Shown here: piece after piece, positions 8,439 through 18,402 of the stretch
Layout: each line of letters opens with the position of its first letter
Position numbering within the stretch: the first letter of the stretch is position 1
Source of the DNA: Cyanophora paradoxa CCMP329
Lineage: Eukaryota; Plantae; Glaucophyta
Direction of reading: 5' to 3'
DNA: 18,556 nucleotides
Assembly (NCBI GenBank): GCA_004431415.1
Contig: QPMI01000635.1
Location: 1-18,556 of the forward strand
The notes under the pieces: model-generated
Databases searched by the model: none
Seen by the model: only the letters and a program-made list of their open reading frames with translations
Told to the model about the DNA's origin: nothing
Program-made: the position numbers and the translations under genes

Positions 8439-11400
8439 CTAATTCCTAATAAAGCTACATTCTCCCCTACACATAGATGCGATTCGGCTTTTGCAATTGG
8501 GTCGGCGGCACTCGGGGCATTTGCATATTTGCTCTTGGCTGCTGTCGTCGAGGGGTTCCGACTGGAGGCCCGGAGGTCGTGAATTCGAAGAATGTGGGAA
8601 TGTGACTACGTCAAGCACGTACCGAATACTTCCACGTGAGGGGATCACCTGGCTCAATGTCTAACAAAGCATAAACCCAAACGATATCTGTCACCAACCA
8701 TCACTGGTCGAAGCTCGACGTTCGGTTTGCAGCTGTGATTCTGCAGCACTGGCCAGCCCCGGCTGCCATATCCAGCAACCTGCACGCGCAGGCCTGTTCA
8801 AGCAAGTAGGAAGGGTACTTGTAATTGGAAGAAAGAACGGAATAACCAGTGAGAAGATGTTTCAGTCGAACATGCGTTGTGAGCCGCGTAGCTTTCGACC
8901 GGGAACTTGCTCTGGACCTGTTGCATTGTTCCCCAGAAGCTCTCCCAAAACATGCCTGCTCGTATTCTGGGGGCCCACTTCGGGTTCCGGATGCCAACAC
9001 CACAGTCATTCTGCTCGTCGAAAACTTCCACGGAAATACTTGAAGACTGACCCACGATCTTGAAGTTCCGATTTCCGCAATCGGTAGTGCATAAGAGCAG
9101 TTGAAAGGAGTGCACTGGTATTCGGAAACAATGTTGTGGCAAGCAGGAGAATCGCGGCAAAGAAGCAGACGTGACCCCGTGGCCCGAAGCAGACGCAGCA
9201 ATCATGGCTCAGTTGTTCTCTCACTGCCGCGCGGAACAGCGCGGTCAAAAATCGAACAGCGCTAGAACAACGCTCACGAACCGGCTTTTGGAATATGTGG
9301 AAACTGGAAGTTAGAATTGTAAGCTTGATAACCTCATTCATCCGCTTTTTTGCCAGCTCCGATCCATCATGTGAAATTCGGGCTGTTTGGAGGGCGAGTA
9401 TGATAAAGTTTCTGAAACGTGTTCCAGGATGTGCGGAGAGGACTCAATTCTGGAGTTCTGAGCTCGGACTTCCGAGATGTACCTGCAAACGAGCACATGA
9501 AAAGGAAGAATACGAAGCTGAACCCTCCCGAACCTGAGTTCAAGTTCTTTGATGTGCTCTTCAGGGGAAGCCGTGATATCGTGATTGATGAAACGCGCCA
9601 TAAGGTGCAGAGTAAGTTTCTCCTTGAATTCTTCGAGAGAAATCGGATACGTGTACGAAGCCTGCTTCTCGTATTCTTCCTCATGCAGCTGCCCTGTTGG
9701 GTACCACATCTGCAACGTCGGAGGCCTACGGCGCCAGACGCGTCGAGAATGTCGTTCAGACATTCAGACAACTGGAGTAAGAAGTCGCCTGCATGGACTC
9801 GCACTGCGTTAAGCCTTCAGTACCGGTAAATTTCAGCAATGCGAGCAATTGAAATGCCGACCGACAATGTGAACGCGTCCTGAGCAGTTGACGTGGAGCA
9901 GGGAAATAAATCGATTCGACAGACACGGTCCTCAAGTCGTGTTTTCCGGCAACCAGCGGTCACATCTCGCATGCTCGAAAGCATTCACCAGCGATGACAG
10001 CCGAGTTTTGAAAGTAGGTCCAAGAGAATCGTAAAAAACCATTCCGGCCCATCCGAGAACTCAAAAGCACGTGAGCAGTCCTTTGCGATGAAAAAAATAA
10101 GCGAAACGATATTGTTATACGTTAAAAGAAATAGATTACCAGTGGAATGCCTCTTCCAATACGAAGGCGACCCCGGGCGCTGGTTTGCGGTGCCGTTCCA
10201 GAGATGCAATCTTGGAGACATGCTCTCAACGACATTTCCATGGAATTCTAGGGGTCGGATTCAAGTTGACGCATCAACTGTTCGCACCAACAATCTCCAA
10301 ACTGTTTATAATTATGCTCGAAATTAGGCAATGGAAGACTTTGAGATGATCATTACGCACAATTCTGCATGTGGATGTCATTGAAAGGGTCACCCAGCGT
10401 GTGCTCTGGAAGAAAAGCGAAGCCTCCCGTGAATTCCGCAACTCCGGCACGTCAGCAAGCGGACGCTCAAGTCGTTCTGGTTCGAGGCGAAACACGTGAA
10501 ATGCGTCCACGTTGTACGTTGAGTACAATCCTTGAGGGACAGTTCGTGCCGAAGCCTTGCCTGCCTTGAAACTGAATCTGAATTCCCGTCGATCACTTGT
10601 TGGCGCAGCTGAGAATTCCCAGGTAATGAAACGACCAAGAAGTCTGCAGTGATGCACATCGCGTTCCGACCATGGATGATGGGAAAGTATCTTTTGGAAA
10701 AACAGGATGTCAAAACAGCTTTGCTTAGAGTAAAAAAGACAGCAACTTGGACCCACCAGGAAGCCCGAGGCGCACTGAACCGCAAGACGGACGAAGATTG
10801 ATTCGCGAATATCGTGTTCCATCACTTGATCACTAATAACAGCGTGCGTAATTCTGCATTCATCACATTAAACAGAGAAGTAGGTGGAATCCATATGTAA
10901 GAAAAAAGGGAGCTCACCCCAGACTTCCGAAGTCGGCAAGCCCGGCTTCGCCGATAACCAGCTCTGTGCGTTGTGTATACGCCTCGAGCAACGCAATCAC
11001 TTCTGGGAATTCGCTGAACATAACGGATCGGCACTGCTGAAGAAAGGATATCTGAAGTTTTTTGAAGCTTGCGAGAAACATCTGCAAGATTTCGAATCCG
11101 ACGAGTTTCTTCAGACGAAATGGAAGCTGCCTCTCCATGAGAGCAAATATGAGGCTGAGCTGCCTCAGAACGCCACCTGAACCTGCTCCTATGTCCGCAA
11201 TCACAACCTCTGGCGAGTCCAGCTCCAAAGTCGAGTTCCCTTCCGGCAAGACCCCCCGGAAATGAACTCTGCTATCGTTTTGATGTCAACGAGGCCGAGC
11301 TCGCCATAATTCAAAGATCGAGAGAGCGATCCAATGGATGAGGCTTTCATGTTGTCTTGTTTCTTCAGAATGCTGGGCAGACTCTCCTTCCGGATATGAA

Positions 11401-14097
11401 AACGCATATCGTACACCGCTCCAGCTTCATCCGCATAGCGACCATTTGTGACAACCTCAGCCGCGAGTTGCCAGCGCCGTGGAAAGTTGTCACATCGACT
11501 GAATTCAATCATGCCACGGGAGCAAGAAACGACAAGCGGGGCGACTTCGTTTTCTCGCTTCTTGCGCTTCACTGGCTTGTCGCCTTCGAATCACTCAGAA
11601 TTAAAAAAACCAGAAACATTTAAGACGCTCGAACCGACATACGGAGCTGAAGCTAAAGATTGGAGGACTCTCGCTGCAGCCTGACGCCTGCCACCGCTGC
11701 TGGCCGTGGTGCGCGATGCACTAGCAACAGATGCGTCTGAGGAATTGGGATCGTCGTTCGCGCCGTATGGCTTCTGGCTGAAGTCTATTGCTGAGTCGTT
11801 TCCGGCTGAACGCGTTCTTTTAATTCCCTGGCCAGGCTCTGGTCCGAAATCAACGCCTGACACGCGGGGTATCAGTTCAGAGATGGAAACATGAGCCATG
11901 ATTCATGCATATGCTCACCGGGTATATTCTGAGTAAGGTAAGCCCAAATTTGATGCGTGTTCGGAAGTCGACCAGACGGTGTGCGAGCGGAAGGGTCCTT
12001 CGAATTCTTGATAGCGTACCGGTACCACGACACCCTCCAGTTGCTCAACTGTGGATGCGTTTTAGGCCGATCCGTACTGGGCTGCTGCGGTAGGTCGCTG
12101 CGCATGCTCTTCCGGCGCCGTTTGACGGTGACGGGCCGATGTGCAGCTAAAGGGCGTGGGAACTCATGATCATGATCACGATTCTCATGGCAGGTTGGCG
12201 AATTCCGTGCCGGAGAGCTGTTGGAAGAACTGCTTCCGCCTGGAAGCTGCAGCTGCTCTTCCGCCTGGAATAAGCGCTCGCTTTCGGACTCATCGCTCGC
12301 TGACTGTTCACCGTACGAAAAATCGGTCTTGGTACGATCAAGAGACCGCAAGTGAAGTTTACGAAGTTCCTCGGAATCGCCAGGGAGTCTGATCTTCAGA
12401 GCTAGAAGCCAGTCGCTGGCGACCGTCTCGGCATACTTCAATAGGGCACGCGAGCTCGATGTCGAAAGCTTCTTTACCCAATCCAGAAGTTCGGCGGGGT
12501 TTGCCGGATGGCCGACATTCACAGAAGGAAAATTCGCGTTTTCCAGCATATCGAGAACGACATTGGCGGCTTCAGCAGTGATGTCTGATATGACCTGCAA
12601 AGATGATGGGAATGACAACAGGTGTGCAGAGAAGGTTGAAGATTACCTTCCTGTGGAGGGCGTCGTCTGTTTTCACACCGAAGGATGCGAAGAAATCTGT
12701 TGGCAGCTGAGGAGCATCGTCGTCGCCGTCACTCGATGAGCTCGAGCTCGAGGAAGCGTACGGTGCTGCATTCGATTAAAAGCGCGGATGAAGCCCGAGC
12801 ACACGGGCAGATGCAGCTTTTCTTTCGCACATGAGAGCGGTGGAGAGAATGCCCTGTTTCCTCGAGCTGCTGCCCGAACCAAGACTGGCGGCGTCCTCGA
12901 GAACGCGGTGCGACGGAGGGCTGCGAGGATAAGAAGAAGCCCGCACAGTCAAGTTTTAGAATGGCCGCTCACTCTCAGATGGTCAGATTTCACGTGAAGG
13001 ACTTGGGGTCCCAATGCTGCGCGAAGCTCAGATCTAGATTGCTGGAGGACGCTCAAATCGCTGGTTTCTAAGAACGGACGGAGCTCGTGGCACCAACTGG
13101 GCCCGGAGGCAGAAAGGTGTGCGCGCGATCCTGGAGCCGGAGGCGGGGGGAGCCGGATAGCGGGGGGAGCCGGATATAAGAAGCAATAAGAGTAAGAAGT
13201 AAGAGTAAGAAGCTGTAAGCTAAGAAGCTGCGTAGAGAAGAAGCTCATTGAAGGGAAGAAGCTTTTGAAGTAAAAGCTCTAGACACAGCAATTGCAAGCA
13301 GGCAGCCAACCACGTGCACGGACCGAGCTCGTTACGGCACTGCGATGGAAGCTCAGATTTCAAAGCGAGGCTATGGCGTGAGGTTGCCTTGAGTAAGAAA
13401 GGCTTCCCGCTCTGGTTTCTGGTCCTGTACATGTGGCCACGCGTGTGTGAAGGGCGTGCATAGCGTATCCACATGTACATGCACGTACGCGGCCGGTACG
13501 CCGCGCCTGACTGGATTCTTGCAGCCTCCCATTGTTTGAGGACTTCTCGAAACCGCTCGGAGCACCTGGATCATCGGAGCCGGCCCGAGCAGTGCGCTTG
13601 GCGCTTCTTGTAGGTTTCGAGCGGAGCGTCCGGTGGGGCATTCATGTTCCTTTTGGGAAGCCGCAAGACCAGAGCGATCGGCTTCAGAGCTCGCACATGC
13701 GCTTCTGCGAACAAACCTCCTCATTCGAACTCTGGAAGGCGCCCAAGCGCGTTGGAGAGGTCAGAGATGTGGCATGCGCACACGCCGCAATCGCGCTACG
13801 CATGCTAGTTGCGATAGAAGCACGCCGGGAGAGCTGGCCGGCGCGAGAGGCACGGCCGGCGCCGAGAGAGCTGCGGGTGGTTGTGTAGGCAAGCTCTGTT
13901 CTTGTGTACGGACCTGTTTTGCTCTTAGCATTTGTTCTACCGTCTTGACGACGTCGACCGGCAGACGAACTCTGTACCCCCCTTGCGCGCCGTGCCTCGG
14001 CCGTGCCACCGTAGCGCGCAGCGGCTGCCTTTGGCGGCGCGATGAACAGCTTCAGAGAGCCTTTCTTTGACTCTGACTGCTGAGTCGTCACTGGCAT
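8439..14097 (-). CDS. Multidomain chromatin modifier: low-complexity N-terminus + DOT1-like methyltransferase + Ulp1/C48-like peptidase + AWS-SET-postSET methyltransferase
   Basis: ATG at 14097 (accATG; MPVTTQQSESKK...) and stop TAG at 8439-8441. A continuous chain of exons and short introns runs between them (e.g. 13131-13323, 10081-10139, 8562-8622), with no intergenic-sized gap between domains. The DOT1 C-terminus and the peptidase N-terminus lie in the same exon. The N-terminal exons and the single-gene status depend on indel correction. Confidence 0.72.
8480..9205 (-). other. AWS-like Cys cluster + SET + post-SET domain (architecture like the Set2/NSD/ASH1 family)
   Basis: DCCVC..CRDSPACHNIVSEYQCTPFNCSY..DCGNRNFK resembles AWS CxC..CxN..EC..C..CxNxxF. 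EVFDEQNDCGVGIR..IRAGMF supplies the GxG motif. LQNHSCKPNVE has NHSC at 8740-8729. GDRYRLG(fs)YALLDIEPGDPLTWKY resembles RI.FFA.RDI..GEELTYDY. CKCPECRRPNCKSRI is post-SET-like (8524-8480). Confidence 0.9.
9580..10400 (-). other. Ulp1/SENP-like (peptidase C48) domain
   Basis: Motifs occur in order. PFNDIHMQN|FWRLL resembles WLNDxIINFYMxLL (~10385). VAFVLEEAFHW|TAHVL has His at 10144-10142, with Trp split by intron 10081-10139. FYDSLG lies at 10033-10019. PAPRQ precedes C(G)VHAGDF (Cys 9803-9801, needs a +1 correction). LEEFKEKLTLHLM gives a terminal helix. Several frameshifts are needed. Confidence 0.62.
10490..11320 (-). other. DOT1-like class I SAM-dependent methyltransferase domain
   Basis: SLNYGEL (YGE at 11308-11300) precedes a frameshift at the C6 run 11252-11257. 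VIADIGAGSGGVLRQLS is motif I and resembles FVDLGSGVGQVVLQVA. LVGFEI is post-I. Then TELVIGE, G|ITHAVISDQVM, CASGFL|ILSHHPW (resembles GxRIVSSKPF) and STYNVDAFHVFRL (final strand). Confidence 0.82.
13143..13290. repeat. Intronic tandem/low-complexity repeats
   Basis: GCGGGGGGAGCCGGATA x2 (13143-13176, perfect 17-mer) followed by degenerate TAAGAAG/GAAGCT units, inside the predicted 193-nt minus-strand intron 13131-13323. Confidence 0.8.
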
Positions 14098-14154
14098 GGT
14101 ACTTCTTTAGCTTTCCCGGGAACCGCGATACCGCGAACTGCAAAGAGTGCGGGG

Positions 14155-17105
14155 ATGATTGCTGACGTTTTCGCGTGCCGCAGAGCCCCTGCCCCCAGAT
14201 ATGCGGCGACTGGATACGACGGTATGTAAACGCCACAGAAACGACGTGCCAAACAGTTCTAGACTGCCATACGCAGAACCCACATGCTGCCCTTCTTGAA
14301 TTACAGGCATCGAAGTCGACTATGGCAGCCTTGTCGGCAGCGTCAGCCGCCATCAATGCTACGCTTAGGAACAGGCGCAGCAGAGCTCGAGCAAGTGCAG
14401 TTTGGCGTTCTTACTCGTTTTACTCGCAGAGCAATCATCGCAACGGACCCCGTGAACTTCGCTGACCCAAACAAGCAAGTGTGCCTTCTTCTGATAGGCC
14501 TAGTTCAGCTTCACGGTCGTCCTCTAGCCTTGCGTGCTTTCCGGTGCGAATGCGCGGCGTTGCCTTCATCGCTGCCTGCCGGCTCTGTGTCTGAAGCTGT
14601 CGATCTTTCTGATCTGGCAGGGCGTGTGCCGACCTGCCAGACGGAGAAGTCGAGAGCTCGAATCTGATTTACGTGTACTGCATATGATTGCAATTCGCAC
14701 ATGCACGTCCCAGATGGCGCTGGCATCATTCAGTGGTGATCAAATCGAAAGAGCGCACGTATTCAACTGGTCTCTTCTTTTCAGTCAGATCTTCGCGTTC
14801 TTCGCCAAGGCCGGATGCTCTGGATTCACAATGGAGTCGGTTCATCGAAGCACGAGATAGCGATTGTGCTGGGGCTTGGGGATCTTCGTCATTGTCAGTG
14901 CTCTCGCAAGTTGAAGATGTTCTCCGTCCGAAATGTAAGTAGTAGTGTTTGCTTGGAGTGGAATGATTGATTCTTTTTCAGTTTATCTTCGTGCTCTTTC
15001 GGATCCTATGGGATAGGGTCGTCTTCTATGGTGCATGATAACTGGCCATCTTCAGAATTGCAAGAATCTCGCGATGTACCTTTCTCTATCGGTCTGTCAC
15101 ATTACAATGTAGTTCAATCTGTAGCATACAATCAGTTTGGCGCACAGTGGACATCAATTCTCACCGGAAGACATCGATGATAAACTGAGTCAGCTCTGCG
15201 ACGGTTTCAAGTTTGTGACGCTCTCGCATGCGGGAGCGCGTCTGATCTGGAGTCAGTCGTCAATGAGATAGCGTGCCTGGTACGCAGTCAATTCTCTTGT
15301 GCAATGTTGGATCCGTTTCTTCTGATTTCGTCACAGCTTGCACGCACTGCAAAGCTAAAATGCCCTTTGGGGCGTATGTGTGGACTAAAGGCTGCTGGGG
15401 AACGTCAAGGGGCGCTCTCGGGGCCGAATGTTCGAAATCGAAGCGGTCGCCAGCACCAGCAAATGCCATCAATGGACGGTAGACTGTGTTAACCTTTATT
15501 TTGTCCGTCGACTTCAACTCTTGACCGATCAGGAAACCCACCTTGTTATCCCGTGTGTGTACGATTAAACTTCCTCGCCGACCAGCAAATGCCCGGAAAC
15601 AATCAAGCACACTTCGCCATTCTCAAATCGGAAGGTATTCATTAACATGTGCGCCTGATTCCGCTGAAGTGGTCCCGACCTTCGACTTAGATAATAGAAG
15701 AACGCCGAACGAGCGCGAAATCCATCACTGTACAGGAGCTTGAGAGCTCGCATCCCTTGCAAAGCTTCCTATCAAGGTCAGTTGGAATCACGGTCCGAGC
15801 AGCATTCTGGTTCTGTTTGGAACCGAATCTTTTAGTTATCATCATGGAGGCAGTTCAAAGGATTCTTTTGACGGAATCCGGTTCATTTCGAAGGAATTTC
15901 TTATCGAGTTATCGAAGCTTAGCAAGGAATTCGGAATCGCACTGTTGGTCGACGAATCAATAACAGGTGAGCAGCTGTACATGTGTGCGCGCATAACAGG
16001 GAGAGTGACAATGTCCGCACTTCACGCGCAGCCATGTGTCGTACAGCGAAGTCTTTCTTCGCATTTGAACAGTTTGTGAGCACTGTGCAGAACTCGAATA
16101 CGAGACGAATTCTTGTGCACGGCGCTGCTACGGGAAAGACGATGCTTCCGTCGTGTATTCTCGTGCGGCGCTCAGCATTGTTCGCTCTCGCGAGGCATTG
16201 AGAGCATCAGGCGTGATGCAGGTAAAAGAAATGCCTGGTGGAGTAGATCCATGGAAGCGGACGTTCAAGCATTCCAGCGGAAGAATTTGCAAATGATGTT
16301 TTTGCCGGTACGATTTCACACTTGTAGTTTTCTGAGAAACACTTTATTGCTCTCTGCAGAGTATATAACTGTGCAGCCGTATCGTGACGCTTTGATCAGG
16401 ACATCTTGTGTTTTGGATAAAGTTCGTGTTTGTGTCCTAATCGTTACCACTCTCATGCATATCCTCTAGTTTGCAAAATGCGCACTCGATGTCCAGACTT
16501 CTTCCAAAGCCTTGCAGCTCTGTCGACCAAAATTTCCATCTCTTTGAGGACTTCGAATTTGGCCTGCGAGCTTCGCTTTGGAGGCGACGGAAATCTTCTA
16601 TCCGTCCGGCCGCTTGGCTAGCAGCTCGGAAGTCTCCCGCTACTCGGATTGCGATCTATCCTACAGTACATCCGTAAATGACATCAAATACGAGGCGGGG
16701 CAAGCAGTTTCGCATGCCGGTACGATTATAGTGTATTGCTTTCATAATTTTCTGCGAAAGCGCATTTGTTTGCTTTCATTAATTTTTGCGCCTGTGCAGA
16801 TTCCTGTTCGCAGTGCCGACTGTTGTCGCAGACAATTTGCCCCAGTTCATTACACGCGCATTGCCCAATGCGAAGTAGCATCTTATCATCGTACATTTTT
16901 CCAATCGATTGCAATTCCAGAGCTGGTGCAGCGATTTGCACGTGCCAAGCGTACAAAACTATCGCTTTAGATGGTAAAGTCTATTTTTTAAGAAGAACGA
17001 GCGCGCTTGGGCTTGACCGCACTTGGGCTTGCAACAGGGTCCTCGAATGCCCTACGGCGAAACCAGCGCGCGCTGTCAATGCATCGTCTGTCAAGAGTAA
17101 GCTAA
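14155..17105 (+). CDS. Multi-exon protein: unknown N-terminus + class III PLP aminotransferase-like domain + C-terminal PHD-like zinc finger
   Basis: Plus-strand introns throughout. Motifs occur in order: MITGHLQN; FVTLSHAGA(fs)SDLESVVNEIA (resembles SGSEAxExA); KGCWGTSRGALGA (15387-15425, resembles FHGRTxGALS); VIIMEAVQ (resembles VIVEPVQ); FLIELSKLSKEFGIALLVDESIT|AMCRTAKSFFAFEQF (intron 15967-16031, resembles FLxxLRxLCxxxGxLLIxDEVxTGFGRTGxxFAFE); ATGKTM (Lys at 16136); ITVQPYRDALIRTSCVLDK; TRIAIYPT. Start (14155 or 14201) and stop are tentative. Confidence 0.75.
16800..16950 (+). other. PHD-like Cys/His zinc finger
   Basis: With two indel corrections the exon reads DSCSQCRLL..HCPQCEVASYHRTFFPIDC..AICTC, i.e. 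CxxC..CxxC..YH..C..CxC. Spacing deviates from a canonical PHD. Confidence 0.4.
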
Positions 17106-17172
17106 TCTTCGAACCGTACGCGTGGAGTGTGTCGTGATTCCGAACATACACAGCCAACAAGATCCGATCTCA

Positions 17173-18213
17173 TCAATGACTCCAGGCCCCAGCGAGCGGC
17201 TCTCTCGCAAGGCTTAGCGATGCTGCTCTCGAAATCGTCCAAGTAATGCGAAAATCGTACATGGCCTGCGAATGGGTGTGTGGGATGTTAGTTAAAAGAT
17301 GGGGATCGAACAAAGATCGGGCAACATTACCCGAACAAGCATATTGTGATTGTTCATATACGCCTCGGCGGCGGGCATCCATTGTGTATCCTCGATTATT
17401 TGCATAGTTTTCTCCCACTGAAGATAGCGAAGCACTGTGAGTATAATGGCGCGCGCGGGTGCCCATGGCCAGCAAAATTGCGCACATCGTGCACAATGCC
17501 TGCCACGTTGAGGCAGCTTCCTAGAGAGCCCTCCCTTGTCTTCCGCATCAGGTAATCCATGGCATCGACACGGGCGCCACCTCGGGAACGAGGAGTAATA
17601 CGGCGCTAGTGTGTGTGCAGCTTGCTTCAGAAGTACCTCGGCCATTAGACGGTTTCGGTACAAATGCTGAACGAGATTCTGAGTAAATTAACAGGCCAGG
17701 CTCTGATATTGATCATCTTTGTCTTACCTTCAACATGCATTGGTCCTGCTTCGGAAGGCGGTTGCAAGAGCGAGCTTCAGTGTACGGATGACGTACATAT
17801 TCCTGAATCGTGTGCACAGAAGGCACAGGATCAAGCATCCAACTCTTGAGAATTCCGGTGTCATGATGAGGAAATAGTGTTCTGAAAGTGTCACCGAGGC
17901 GTTTGTGGTGACGATTGAATATGTGTCGATACGGATGCCCTGGGGCAACAATTGGCTCGAGGCGCATGTTTCCACGGAAACCGCCAACTTGGTAAGGAAC
18001 CCAGCCATCACGCGCATGCGACGCGTACGAGCCTTTCCAGTCTTTGCGTCGAGGAAGCAGTCAAGACTATTTTTGAGTTGTGTGCACGGACGCCGACAGC
18101 AGGAGCTGGGACGGGCAAGGTCGCCGGATAGTCTTGTGAAAAGAACGAAACTTGATGCCGGGCGTGTTCTTCCAAGTTGCCTTCCACTGGGAGCCAGAAA
18201 TTAAGTTTACCAT
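17173..18213 (-). CDS. Multi-exon hypothetical protein
   Basis: Minus-strand donors (GTACGT, GTAAGA, GTAATG) join exons PIVAPGHPYRHIFNRHHKRLGDTFRTLFPHHDTGILKSW.., LYRNRLMAEVLLKQAAH.., VLRYLQWEKTMQIIEDTQWMPAAEAYMNNHNMLVR and AMYDFRITW..WSH*. The start is either 17967 or the ATG at 18213. No family recognised. Confidence 0.55.
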
Positions 18214-18402
18214 ATGGTAAACTTAGGGTGTGGTAAAGTTGTGCTGTTTTGCGTTACACCACTGTAAAGTCACCAGGGTAAAGTCGCCGGGGTAAAGTCA
18301 GGGTGGTAAAGTTGTGAAAAGCGGGGTAAAGACGTCGGTGTAAACTCGCCGAGGTAAAGTTGGCGAGGTAAAGACGTCGGGGTAAACTCGCCGAGGTAAT
18401 GT
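18202..18402. repeat. Subterminal-type repeat array, core (G/T)GTAAA(G/C)T, led by a 24-bp perfect palindrome
   Basis: Palindrome TAAGTTTACCATATGGTAAACTTA (18202-18225). Direct copies at 18216, 18232, 18263, 18277, 18291, 18305, 18325, 18339, 18353, 18367, 18381 and 18395, mostly with a 14-bp period. A 42-bp higher-order duplication pairs 18325-18366 with 18367-18408. Confidence 0.92.

Noticed and set aside
16121-16141. GAATGKT as a Walker A P-loop
   Set aside because: Spacing is GxxxGKT, one residue short of Walker A. The position matches the PLP-lysine motif downstream of DExxT in class III aminotransferases.
16430-16560. SVDQNF and HSHAYPLVC resembling KDZ transposase motifs
   Set aside because: HSHAY lies in a predicted intron and SVDQNF is in an alternative frame. 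The region is better explained as the aminotransferase C-terminus.
7538-18200. Fanzor/TnpB-like RNA-guided nuclease as CACTA cargo
   Set aside because: No RuvC motifs with the expected zinc finger were recognised. The DIG motif at ~11195 is SAM-binding motif I, flanked by YGE and GxE.
18260-18270. CACTGTAAAGT as the left TIR of a new element
   Set aside because: Array cores occur on both sides (18204, 18216 and 18232 precede it), and it sits in the 14-bp phase as a variant unit.
18216-18402. Array as CRISPR or telomeric repeat
   Set aside because: The core is 8 bp with ~6-bp related spacers, the context is eukaryotic and there are no cas genes. It contains only a single TTAGGG.
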